A stretch of 63,223 nucleotides of DNA, counting the filler, from Octopus bimaculoides (lineage: Eukaryota), in NCBI RefSeq assembly GCF_001194135.2. It is 5 parts of 5 records of this genome, joined end to end, with 100 filler letters (N's around TTAATTAATTAA, not from the genome) between each part and the next. Parts side by side here need not be neighbours in the genome. Positions count along the whole stretch, not along the records: positions 45,100 to 56,879 come from NC_068997.1; positions 56,980 to 60,932 come from NC_068995.1; positions 61,033 to 63,223 come from NC_069007.1; 2 more parts are not named here. One strand, written 5' to 3'. Below are positions 50,356 through 62,975 of the stretch, piece after piece. How positions within the stretch are numbered: position 1 is the first letter of the stretch; each line of letters starts with the position of its first letter. The position numbers and the translations under genes are program-made. The notes under the pieces are model-generated. The model had not been told where the DNA came from. It was given only the letters and a program-made list of their open reading frames with translations, and did no database searches.

Positions 50356-50480
50356 TTAAAAAGCTACGTTACGAGCAATGTTTACATGCAGAGAACACGG
50401 AAACGGTGTTGTCTAAAAAAATTAACCCTAAACAGACACATCCATCTCCTAATGCCAACGCCGAAGCTCGCCATACCTTA

Positions 50481-53400
50481 CTGTTCAAATCTTCCCGACA
50501 CACAGGAGCTGGAAGTACCCCACAACCGGAATATTCCAACAGATGGCCATCCATGCTCGTCGTCAAAAAATCAAAAGGCAAAGAATGAAAGATGGTCTAG
50601 GCAAGGTAATAAAGAAGTTCTTACAGCCTTCTACCGTGCCATATAAATAAATCTAATACTGTATAAACCTACTCAAACTGCAGACAGAAACACCTTGAAG
50701 TAAGACCCTACATAGACAGTAACAAACTTGCTAACGTCAGAAGAGACACTTAAAAAAAATTACTAACTGCATAAGAGATTGACCAAATTAAACAAACAGT
50801 AAGGGATAAAAAGAACGAAGCTGCAGCTATAGAAGACACTACAAAGGAAGTGATTACAGACCAGCCCAGGGCTGATGAAAATGCACTGGTGATTGAAAGA
50901 GTTAATGTAACTGACAGGTAAAGTGAAATACTCTCTGAACCAACCATAAACACTAAGGCAGATGAAAATCCAATACATGAAGACAGTCACACAAATATTA
51001 ACCTAAAAGAACTACATGATCTAAAAAATCAAATCATGATTGAATAGCTGAAAATTAAAGAAACCAGTATGAATGAACGCGATACTCTCCCAAAAATTCG
51101 CAATTCTAATCAAAACCTGAAAATAATTGGTAACATCCGCCTTGCACTTAAGGATATAATTTTAGCTAATGATGTTGATATTACAGATCTCAACCACCTG
51201 CACTATGCATCCGCGAAAATCTCAAAGATTCTATATGGTGAAAAGATTAGAACATTACCATAAAAAGCCTTCTTGGCAAGAGCGTGTTCAACGCCAAATT
51301 AAGCTTCTTGGGTCTGACATAGAATGTTTGAAAACCCTTAAGTCTGACAAGACTATCAAGCCTACAAGAATCCGAAAATTTAAGAAAAAATATATGAAAA
51401 TCATACTTGATATCGATACCACCATAGAAACCATCAAGCAAAAGGTATGTGCTAAAGCTGCCCGCATAGCAAAGTATGAAAAGCGCGTTAGATTCTTCAA
51501 CATGTTCAAAAATAAACCCCAAAACATTTTACAGGAACATAGGGAAAATACCAGTTACAGTAAAGTCTGTCCCGTCAAAAGAAGAAGTGCAGGAATTTTG
51601 GAATAAAATAGCCTGGATAGACTATAAAAAAGCTTTTGATAGTCTACCACATAGCTGGATTAAGAAATGTCTGGAAATGAATAAAATAGCTCCTACTCTG
51701 CGAAACTTTTTGTCTCTAAGCATGAGATCATGGAGAACCACACTGACTTTGAACAGTGACAATGAATCTTTAAATACTGGTAATATAAAAATTTTATGTG
51801 GTATTTTCCAGGGTGACTTACTATCACCACTCCTCTTCTGTCTAGGATTAATACCACACTCAAAATTGCTCATTGATGCACAATACGGTTATAAAATGTT
51901 TGATAAAAATATAAATCATCTCATTTACATGGATGATTTAAAGCTCTTTGCAAAAAATGACTAACAACTCAAGGGCTTACTAGCGATTGTTAAACAATTC
52001 AGTAATGACATCAGGATGCAATTTGGCTTTGATAAATGTGCAAAAGCTACCTTTATCAAAGGAAAAATGACAGAAACATCTAACGTTAACCTTGACCAGC
52101 AGAATGTCATACAAGAGTTAGAACCAGCGGAGAGCTACAAATACCTAGGGGTAATTGAAGGGGACGGAATCCAACATTCAGTGATGAGGGAAAGGATCAG
52201 AAGAGAATGTTATTGCAGGGTGAGAGCAATACTGAAGACAGAGCTGAATGCAAGAAACAGGATCGAAGCGATTAATGCTTTAGCCATACCAGTCGTGACT
52301 TACAGTTTCAATATCATTAGCTGGTCAATTACTGAAATATGTAATGCTGACAGAAAAATACGAAAACTGTTGACAATTCATAGAATGCACCACTCTAAGG
52401 CAGATATAGATCGACTTTATCTGCCAAGAAAAGAGGGAGGCTGTGGACTTTCACAACTGGTATTAACAATGAAGATGGCCTGGACACCTACCTGAAAAAC
52501 TCTGATGACAGGATTTTAAGACTTATCTCAAAGCATGAAAACAAGAAAACATCATACTCAGTAACAAAACAGGCAGAGGAATATCTAAGTGAATTTCAAA
52601 TAGAACAAATTCCAGAATCAGACGTACTAGAAACAAACGCAGAAAAAGTTAAGCGCATCAAAACCCGTGCAAAAACTTCTGCCTTAGATATTCTTACTGA
52701 TAAATGGCAAGAAAAACCTCTCAGTGACAAATACCCAAAAAGAGGGAATAATGCCGAAACTGAAAAAGCCCTTACCCATCAATGGTTAGTGACTTCTGGC
52801 TTAAAATCAGAGACAGAAGGTTTTATCATAGCAGCCCAGGATCAATGCCTACCTATAAGAAACTACCAGACCAATATATTAAAGAACGGAAGCTGCCCAA
52901 CATATCGTTTATGTCAACAACAACATGAGACTATTGATCATGTTGTCTCCATGTGCAGTCTTCTAGCGCCTACAGAATATCTCAACAGGCATGATAGAGT
53001 TGCACAATATATTCACTGGGTAATTTTCAAAAACCTGAACTTGCCCCATGTTAAAAACTGGTGGGAACACAAACCACCTCCAGTGCTTGAAAATGATCAC
53101 ATCTCACTTATCTGGAACTTCACCATTCAAACTGGCAGAAAGATAGATGCAAATAGGCCAGCCATTATATTGAAAGATTTCAGACAAAAATCATGCCTCC
53201 TCATTGATATGACTTCCAATCGATATAAACGTATCTGTCAAGACCTATCAAAATCTTAGCAAGTATAAAGATCTTGAAATAGAAATTAGCAAAATGTGGA
53301 ACCTGAAGACTAAAACAGTACCTGTTGTCATAGGTGCCCTAGGAATGATAGCTCAGATACCGGGAAACCTCAAATGGCAGAAATCCAAAAGATAGTGCTC

Positions 53401-53718
53401 ATGGGAACTGCCCATGTCCCGCATAAAATACTGTCTATGTAATCTCAAAATTTGAAACAAACAGATAATTTTCTTATGGTTTCTTAAACATTCTCTAGAA
53501 CAACACTATGTAAAAAAACCCAAATATATGGCACCCTAAGCATAACACCAACATGAACTTCTAACTTTTTGTCTCTTGAGGTCTCTGGGTGAGACTTGGA
53601 GCAAACTTGTACTAAAGTCAAACATAAAATAATAATAATAATAAAAGCAATAATATTAATAATAATAATAATAATAATAATAAAAGCAAAAGCCAAGCAT
53701 AAAATAATAATAATAATT
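50481..53718 (+). mobile_element. Long decayed R4/Dong-like LINE (RT, CCHC, REL endonuclease, (AAT)n tail) with an internal deletion
   Basis: AWIDYKKAFDS, QGDLLSPLLF, YMDD at 51926, YKYLG, C-x5-C-x8-H-x4-C-like zinc knuckle (expected first Cys altered), NRPxIIL..LLID, KYKDL. Several stops and frameshifts. FWNK is joined directly to IAWIDY near 51610. Confidence 0.92.
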
Positions 53719-54619
53719 TGGACAAATACGTATAATTCTATTAGTTTGTTTAAATGTTGAGTAGAGCACCTGTACAGGCTAGGCTACCTGTTGTCATCCG
53801 TAGTTGTGGTATACTTCCGTTGGATCTACTTCAGGAACTCCGCAGTGGCAGTTAGGGTATTAATTGATAATAGGAGATGGATTTTGTTTTAGACTTTTAT
53901 TAGGTACAACATATGTTTCGACCCAACAATCTGGGTCTCTTTAAATACATTGATAAAGTAGTATCACTAGAAGTTTTTAGTGTCGGCTGGCTTGTGTTAT
54001 ATGCCCATCAAGTTCGAGAATGAATAAAAGCAAACAATATTATAGAAACGCAAAAAAAATCAAGTATGAACGTGGAAATCATGCGTCCCAGTTTAGATAA
54101 GAATGACCCAGTCAGCTTTCGCTGTCAACTGCTCAGAGTTATGAAAGTAGGAGAAAGAAAGATTAATACTTAGACAAGTAGTTTCATGTTCGTGCATATA
54201 CACACTCACATACATATACATACACACACACATATATATATATACATACATACAGATACATATATATGAATATACATACACACATTCATATATGTAGGTA
54301 CACATGTGCATATACACATACACACATACATAAAGATGCCTGTAGATACGTTCATAGACCCAGACACACATACACACGAAGACAGACAGACACACATATA
54401 CTCACTCACTAGAATTATACACACATATATAAATATATTTATATATATACACATATATATATTCACATACACACATATACATATTCACATACACATACAT
54501 ATATACATACTTATATAAATACATATATCCACATACATATACACACCTGGATTGTAAAGTAACATGTCTAAGTACATGCTATTCGGATACTGTTCTTTTT
54601 TAGTATATGAGGTCTTAAC

Positions 54620-55425
54620 TCAGGGGGATTAATACGAGTTGTGGGTGTTAGGTTTGCATTGGGTAGGTATGGTTTAGATTGTAGTATGTGAATGTGTGTT
54701 TAGCTGAATGCAAGCACCTTGGTAATTGTTCCATAAATCTGTTTATAATGCACTCCTTTGTAAATATTGAGAGTGACTCTTCGGAACATAGTTGGCATTT
54801 CCGTGATAATGTGTTATATGGACTCACATGTCTAATTATGGACTTAGGTAAGGTCATATTTTGCCTTCTCTTCCTTGTGCCTCCAGATGAAATCAGCCAC
54901 TGATGCTACATGCCATTTAAGGATATTTTCGAAAGCTTGCAATGCGGTTTCGATATCGATTTTAGAAAATATCAACCGATGCACCGATATATAGGTTGGG
55001 GCCTCTTCTAGTGTTTACTGTGCACTTATACACCACATTTCTCGTCATGCATTGGATCTGTCTCTGCATGAGCATAACTGGTTGGTTTTTATGTTTGCTT
55101 GTGTGAAGCGAGCACTAGATAAATTAGTTCTATTCAGTATATTCTTGGTCATTGTAATCCTATTATTATTATTACTATTTCTAGGTGTGTTAGTGTTGTT
55201 TGAATTGTTGCTGGTGTGATACATTGGTTGGTTATTGTAGATATTATAGTTGTTTTTTCTCAGTTGGTTGGGATTATACATCGAGTCATTATCACTTTGA
55301 TGCGTTAATTAGCTGGTATTAGCATTGTCTCTAGGTTGGTTATATGAGTCACGGTCAATTTTTGGGGGCTTATTTTGAGTGTAGCCTGTTAGTTAACTGA
55401 TGGGTCGAAACATGTACCTAATATT
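54620..55425 (-). mobile_element. Penelope-like element fragment (GIY-YIG endonuclease)
   Basis: Reverse strand VVYKCTVN..PTYIGASVDIF*NRYRN and SPYNTLSRKCQLCSEESL..RCLHSAK, typical of the PLE C-terminus. Confidence 0.75.
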
Positions 55426-55898
55426 AATTAATACTATAAATAGAGAGAAAGAGAGAGGATATAGCAGAAAGTGTCACGCAATGGAATAGAGCCCAGAACC
55501 ATGTGGTTGGGAAGCAAGCTTATTACCACGCAGCCATACCTACCTATATATATATATATATNNNNNNNNNNNNNNNNNNNNNNNNNNNNNNNNNNNNNNN
55601 NNNNNNNNNNNNNNNNNNNNNNNNNNNNNNNNNNNNNNNNNNNNNNNNNNNNNNNNNNNNNNNNNNNNNNNNNNNNNNNNNNNNNNNNNNNNNNNNNNNN
55701 NNNNNNNNNNNNNNNNNNNNNNNNNNNNNNNNNNNNNNNNNNNNNNNNNNNNNNNNNNNNNNNNNNNNNNNNNNNNNNNNNNNNNNNNNNNNNNNTATCC
55801 TTGTTGCTTATTTTGATTTTAATTACCTTAGTTTGAAATTGTATGGATAATACCGTACTAAATTCTGGTGCCTCAACTTAAGCACCATATTCATCTGA

Positions 55899-55976
<78 letters not shown>

Positions 55977-56979
55977 ATATATATATATATGGCATTGTGT
56001 GTGTATATACATTTTAGCATTAATAACCTATATAAACACACAATCACAGATGAATAGAGATGAGAAATGATATTTTTATATTCCCGTTCGTGATATGATC
56101 TACGATAACACGAACTGTGGAGATCTAAGCAAAAGAATTAACTATCGGAAAGATATAACATATTTCACGACATAGTCCTTTTTGTTGTTGAAATCTTCAA
56201 TAGTAAATGAAGTCTCAAAACCACATTTTGATAAAAAAAATATTGAAATGAGAATATTGAATAATTTTCTGGACCGTGTTGACTTTAATAATTGCTTTCT
56301 TTTAGTAAAATTTACATACTCCCAAATAATAAATAAGCATTTTTTTTCATCCTTGTATAAATTTGAATGCAAAACTTTATAGGGCCCGAGAAAATATTTA
56401 GCATTATTTAGTTTTGAGTTCAAATACCGCCGGGGTTCATTTGTCTTTCATCCCTTCTACATTGATAAGATAATTTTCAATGAAAAGTCGACTAACACCC
56501 TCTCTTGAAATCACGCTGAAAGTTACTTTTAGCTGTTTTGCTAATTATTGGCTATAATTACAAAGTTTTTACCTCAAATCTCAAGTAAATATTGTTAGAT
56601 GCTTAGCTATCTTGCATAAATGTTTTACTTATATAAGCAGTGTCTATATCTCATGTAATTAGCAAATTGTCGAGATCATTTTATTAATTAAAATTGCTCA
56701 TTGTTTCTATTATTATAGACACAACGTTATTGTGAAAAGGATTATTATAGTCACGGCGTTTTCTACAATCCCATGTTCATATCAAGTCATTGTGTACCTT
56801 TTCAACACTTATGGTATATATACTTTTGTCCCACGACGATGATGATGATAATGATGCCCTCCTCCTCCTCCTCCTCCTCNNNNNNNNNNNNNNNNNNNNN
56901 NNNNNNNNNNNNNNNNNNNNNNNTTAATTAATTAANNNNNNNNNNNNNNNNNNNNNNNNNNNNNNNNNNNNNNNNNNNN

Positions 56980-57215
56980 ATGTTGTATCCTATCTAGTTC
57001 ATTGACTCCTAAATACTTATATGGTTGGCTTTCGTCTAGTTCTCTTATTTCATTGGCTTTATCTAGTGTTATATTGCTACTTTTAACTAATTTTCCTCTT
57101 TTCAGGGTTGCTTTGGCACATTTTTCTAATCCGAATTTCATTTCTATTTCCTTGGTAAAGCCGTGTACTGTCTGTAGTAGTGTTTCTAGCTCTTTGTCGT
57201 TTTTTGCATATAATT
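56980..57215 (-). mobile_element. R4/Dong-like LINE RT fragment beside (TAT)n
   Basis: AKNDKELETLLQTV..MKFGLEKCAKATLKRGK..YKYLG. Confidence 0.85.
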
Positions 57216-57248
57216 TTATATTATTACTATTATTATTATTACTACTAC

Positions 57249-57285
<37 letters not shown>

Positions 57286-57305
57286 GTTATCATTATCATC
57301 ATTAT

Positions 57306-57520
57306 TAAGGCGGCTAGCTGGCAGAATCGTTAATATGCTGGACGAAATGCTTAGCGGTATTTCACTCGTGACTACGTTCTGAGTTCAAATTCCGCCGAGG
57401 TCGACTTTGCCTTTCATCCTTTCGGGTCGATAAAATAAGTACCAGTTGAACACTGAGGTCGATTTAATCGACACATCTCCACTTCCCCCCAAGCTTCCCT
57501 TGCGGCAAAAATTTGAAATA
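57306..57520 (+). mobile_element. Near-complete dominant SINE between (TAT)n and (AAT)n
   Basis: GGCGGCTAGCTGGCAGAATCGTTA head and full family motif. Confidence 0.8.
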
Positions 57521-57559
57521 ATAATAATAATAATTATTATTATTATTATTGTTATTATT

Positions 57560-58340
57560 ATTATTATTATTATTATTTAAGACGCCGCACAGTATCCAAT
57601 ATCATGTTGTTGTTTTTGTTGTTGTTGTTGGTTGAAGATATTGTGTTTACCAGGGGTTTGTACTGTCTGTCAAGTCACAACAAGTACCTTAGACAAACAG
57701 TACTTTACGTAATATGCGTGCAGTTCCAAGTGATGCTGATCTTTGCAATACACCTAGATTGTAGGGTATTTCTAAAGTTTGCAGATGTTTCTTCACCTTG
57801 GGTGGTATTGAACCCAATGCTCCGATGACAACAAGGACAACCTTTATTTTTGACTCTCGTAGCTGCCACATCTTGGCGATCTCAATTGTCAGGTCTCCAT
57901 ATTTATCAATCTTTTCTTTTTCTTTCATGATAATATGTTGATCTCCTGGCAGTGCAACGTCGATTATTAGACACTCTTATTTGTCCCTCCTACAGGTTAC
58001 TATATCCGGCCTTCGGTGCTCTAACACCTTGTCTGTTGGGAAATCAAAGTTTCAGAGAATTTTTGCCTTCCCCTTTTCGTCCATTACGTTTTCTGGTGTA
58101 TGTTGGTACCAAGCACCCGTTACCGCACAGCATACTTCCGGCATAGTAGCCAGTGGAGGTTTTGGGCTACCTTGTCGTGTCTACACTTGTACTCTTTCTG
58201 GGTAAGACTTTCACAAGCACTAACAATGTGAGTCACGCTTTCGACCCTCTTCCCACACATTCTGCAGAAGTTCGTGGCAATTGTGTGGTATATATCCCTT
58301 TTCACTGAGTTGATGTTCAATGCCTGATCCTGGGCAATTA
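57560..58340 (-). mobile_element. R4/Dong-like LINE 3' part (CCHC and REL) between (TAT)n tracts
   Basis: AQDQAL..CRMCGKRVESVTHIVSAC..RHDKV and KEKIDKYGDL..VIGALGS..LGTARILRKVL. Confidence 0.88.
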
Positions 58341-58434
58341 TTATTATTATTATAGGTGCTTCTGTCATAATTGATATTGCTGTAATTTTCACGCTCAATA
58401 CAAAAGAAAAAAATATCAAAAAGACATCATTAAT

Positions 58435-58625
58435 ATTATTTTCTTCGGAAATATTATTTTCTTCGGAAGAATAATAAAATACTTTATTTTTTTCTTTGCC
58501 AAAGCTACGGCGGATTTCTTCCTCCTAATCATGAAAGATATAGAAACAGTTCTTTCAGACATATTGACTAAAATCTTGCTTTTTAGAAGAAGCAGGACAT
58601 ATGGGGTTAAAGCACAAATCTAAAA
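58435..58625. repeat. ~185-bp block duplicated at about 60640-60815
   Basis: Collinear match including ATGAAAGATATAGAAACAG.TCTTTCAGACATATTGACTAA and GAAGCAGGACATATGGGGTTAAAGCACAAATCTAAA. Confidence 0.8.
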
Positions 58626-58783
58626 TATTATCTAGTCTCCATTACACGTGTTTCATTTGCGAATAGGAATTGCAAAGATTTACATGTCTATATAACATGC
58701 AAATCTTTGTAATTCGTATTAGCAAATGAAACACATGCAATGAGAATAAATAATACTCCCAAATTTCCATTTTCCTGCTTTGT

Positions 58784-58849
<66 letters not shown>

Positions 58850-59731
58850 CACATACACACGCATACACACACATATACACACACACACATACACACACAT
58901 GTATATATATTCAATTAGAAGTTAAATTAGCCTCAATAAGGGATGGTATCATCCAATGAATTACTGGTTCAATATCTAATATCTGTTGTGAATAATAATA
59001 TTCATAATACAATAGGTTTATATATAAATCATAGTTTATAATCATTTAAAAGAAAGTAAGAAAATGGAAATATAACATTTAATAAAAATTTACTATCTGC
59101 AAAAATCAAACATTGTCTCTTACAGCTGTTTCAATTACGCCTAATAGATTAAAGAGTAATTAATAAAATCATCATATTAGGCAAAATCTCTTCAGAAGAG
59201 TATAAAAAAGATATAGGTTATGTTTTTAAGCGTTGTATTTTAGAATCATCATACATACATACATACATACATACATGCATGCATACACACACATATATGG
59301 TTAAGTCAAATCATATTCATGACATCTTCTAATAGCCATATAAGTTTGCTGAAAACTAAGATAAAGAACAGCGTTTGCTTTTATTCTACATCACTCCCTA
59401 TAATCCTATGTAAACTTTTTTAACAAATGGACATCTTGATAAATATTATTATGGTCTTATTTATATATTATTATTATTATTATTATTCTATAGATTATAT
59501 TTTATTTATATTGTGAACAAAAAAATCGTTAGTTATAAGATTCCCAACGGAGTTAATCTCTACTTCCCTGCATATCCGGTGATGAGTGTAAACAAAGCGG
59601 TGACTGTGCAGCTCAGGCAGTTTGTGTTTCATTGTTCCAGTGTGGATTGAATAACACCAGTGCAAAACGGTGGTTGATATCATCAACAGTTGCCTCCGCA
59701 AAAACGTGAGGTTTTGGTTTTATGTAAGACA

Positions 59732-59743
59732 TTATTATTATTA

Positions 59744-59786
<43 letters not shown>

Positions 59787-59802
59787 GATCATCATCATCA
59801 TC

Positions 59803-59834
<32 letters not shown>

Positions 59835-59871
59835 CATCATTACCACCACCACCACCACCACCACCACCACC
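59732..59871. repeat. Compound (TAT)n-(CAT)n-(CAC)n microsatellite
   Basis: Direct reading. Confidence 0.95.
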
Positions 59872-60159
59872 NNNNNNNNNNNNNNNNNNNNNNNNNNNNN
59901 NNNNNNNNNNNNNNNNNNNNNNNNNNNNNNNNNNNNNNNNNNNNNNNNNNNNNNNNNNNNNNNNNNNNNNNNNNNNNNNNNNNNNNNNNNNNNNNNNNNN
60001 NNNNNNNNNNNNNNNNNNNNNNNNNNNNNNNNNNNNNNNNNNNNNNNNNNNNNNNNNNNNNNNNNNNNNNNNNNNNNNNNNNNNNNNNNNNNNNNNNNNN
60101 NNNNNNNNNNNNNNNNNNNNNNNNNNNNTATATATTACAATCGAACGTTGTTTGATGGT

Positions 60160-60410
60160 CATTGCAGCTAGCTGACGTCAATGTCTGGTCTTTGCATGAC
60201 CCAGAGCTCCAGCTCCGATTAAGAGATGAGTTGCAGAACCATGAAACATTGTTTAATGCCTCCAAGAGGAAAGACTGCTTATCGTAGAGAGTGAAGCCAG
60301 AAGCGCACAAGTCTGAGCGATTTCCGGCAGATCTACCAATGACAACCTCCATCTCGTGCAATACATCGTAGAGAAGGTGGGAAACGAACCTGGTTTCAGG
60401 CAGAGAGAAA
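60160..60410 (+). mobile_element. Decayed L1/Tx1-like RT fragment
   Basis: LLIVESEARSAQV*AISGRSTNDNLHLVQYIVEKVG resembles the Q...I.GRSI.DNL.L motif preceding RT domain 2 in Tx1/L1. Confidence 0.45.
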
Positions 60411-61124
60411 CAAGTTAGGGTTAAAAAATATAAGCACAGATATTTAAGCTACCCACTCTTGTCACCCAAATCAAACATGGGCATATTCCAGACAAAGAAA
60501 AAACATATTTGTTATAAACAGCTTTGCTAGGTGGCGAGTGTCTTCCTCTGTGGTGTGTCTCCTCTGCACAGAAGATATATTTCCCCTTCTGCTTTCTCTT
60601 TTCTTCACATTGTTTTCTTTAGGTCGTTTCTGTTTGTTTATTTTCTTCGGAAGAAGAATAAAATACTTTATTTTATTCTTTGCCGAGGCTATGGCGGATT
60701 TCGTCTTCCTAATTATGAAAGATATAGAAACAGCTCTTTCAGACATATTGACTAAGATCTTTTTTTTTTTAGAAGAAGAAGAAGCAGGACATATGGGGTT
60801 AAAGCACAAATCTAAATTGTACGTGACACGCCTGCCTATAAATTTGTTCTACAATATTTGGGAAAAAAAAGAACGCAAACGTTATCGTCAGGGAAATCGG
60901 CGATGACGTTGAACCCTGGTGAGTCGTCACTTNNNNNNNNNNNNNNNNNNNNNNNNNNNNNNNNNNNNNNNNNNNNTTAATTAATTAANNNNNNNNNNNN
61001 NNNNNNNNNNNNNNNNNNNNNNNNNNNNNNNNAGATAGATAGATAGATAGAAAGATAGATAGATAGATCGATAGATAGATAGATAGATAGATAGATAGAC
61101 AGACATATAGATATAGATATAGTG

Positions 61125-61163
<39 letters not shown>

Positions 61164-61210
61164 ACGGGTTCACGCAACAACGACAATCATATTAATAGTA
61201 AAACAACAAC

Positions 61211-61257
<47 letters not shown>

Positions 61258-61639
61258 CAACAATAATAATAACGATTTCTTTTATTGGCCACAAGAGCCC
61301 AAGACATTGAGGACAATATCGAAGGACGAGTTACACAAAACAAGTTTTTGTAACATGTGGGTTTAACACTAATGAAGGGGAGATACTATTACGTTAAAGA
61401 ATATAACTGAGGTTATATAATAGAAAGTAGAGAAATAGATAATAAATAAATGTATGAAAAATAGAATCCCCAATTACTTAGAGTAATCCGGGGCAAACCC
61501 CACACAAAAATCCTGGATTACTCTGCCATCTCCAAGAAAGTTCCGTCTTCCAGTTTCTTCCTACTGCTTAGAAAAGCATATTCAGAGTAGATCCATTCTC
61601 ACCAGTTTTGCCACTGTCGACCACCTTTAATAAACACAC

Positions 61640-62005
61640 TGCACAAGGCCAGAAATTTTAAAGGGACTGCTAGTACCTTATATAGAACCCATTTACTGGA
61701 TGTACTTTATTTGACAGACACTGAATGGACGAAAGCCAAAGTCGACAAAAATATGATTTGAGCGCAGAAAGTCTCGACTGAATAAAGGGAAATGTTTCAC
61801 CAACGTTTCAAATATTCTGTCATTCCACAACCGTTAAACGACTTTAAATTTTGTGACAAGGCGGGATTGCTTTTTACTTTATTTTATGGTACTTTATTTT
61901 AACGAGAGAGGAAATCGATGCCTTTTGAACCTTGAACGCAAAACGATGGAACAAATGAGCATATTTTCCAACGCTCTAATAATTCTGCCAACTCACAGCC
62001 TTACA
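61640..62005 (-). mobile_element. Two highly degenerate reverse copies of the dominant SINE
   Basis: GAAAGCCAAAGTCGAC and AATCGATGCCTTTTGAACC..CTAATAATTCTGCCAACTC remnants. Confidence 0.5.
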
Positions 62006-62592
62006 CTAAGATTTAACGAGGAAAAATATATTACTCTAAAAGCATAATCAATTACAGAAATTAAAGATAAACTTGAAAATCCTATATTGTAATAAAATAC
62101 AGAAATACAATATAAAACAGAGTGAAATTAAATATTGATCTGTGATATTGAAAATTCGATATCAAAAGTACGTATTGTAATGAAATACAGGACAACAATA
62201 ATGGATAGAGTAAAATTCGATATTAAGTAATAATAGTGTAACATATATAATAGTGAAATTGGATTCTATTTTTTAGTTGTTACTTTTATTTCACTACGGC
62301 CAAATTGCGTCACACGAAAGGGTTTTAGTTGAACAAATCTGCAACAGTACTTATTTCTATGTTCATGCTTATTCCATCGTTTCCGTTTTAGGGAACTGCA
62401 AGTTTATGGGGACCTAAACAAAACAGCATGGTGTGTCGAGCGATGGTGGAGGACAAACGCAAAGACAAAGGCACTACATGGTCCCGGGTTCAGTTCCACA
62501 GAGTGGCAACTTGGGCAAGTGTCTTCTCGTAAAGACTGGGACAAGCAAAGCCTTCTGAATAAATTTGGTTGACGGAAACAGAAAGAAGCCTG

Positions 62593-62632
<40 letters not shown>

Positions 62633-62684
62633 GAGAATTTACGAAAAAAACAACAGACGAGGACAGGTGGGGTAAACAACAAAA

Positions 62685-62703
62685 GGATGATGATGATGAT
62701 GGC

Positions 62704-62752
<49 letters not shown>

Positions 62753-62975
62753 GTGATGGTGATGATTATGATGAGGAGGAGGAGGAGGATGATGACGACG
62801 ACGATGGTGATGATGATGACGATGTTGATGGTGACGATGATAATGAAGACGACGACGTTCATGACGACGACGACGACGACGATGATGATGATGATGATGA
62901 CGATGATGATGGTAATTATAATGATATTAATGATGATCCTGATGATGATGCTGGTGATGAAGACGACGGTGATGA
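62685..62975. repeat. (GAT/GAC/GGT)n trinucleotide tract
   Basis: Direct reading; source of the poly-D, poly-M and poly-I ORFs. Confidence 0.95.

Noticed and set aside
59540-59710. Higher-complexity island with TVLHWC on the reverse strand, ankyrin-like
   Set aside because: Wrong strand for the gene, no convincing splice sites, and the motif is too short.
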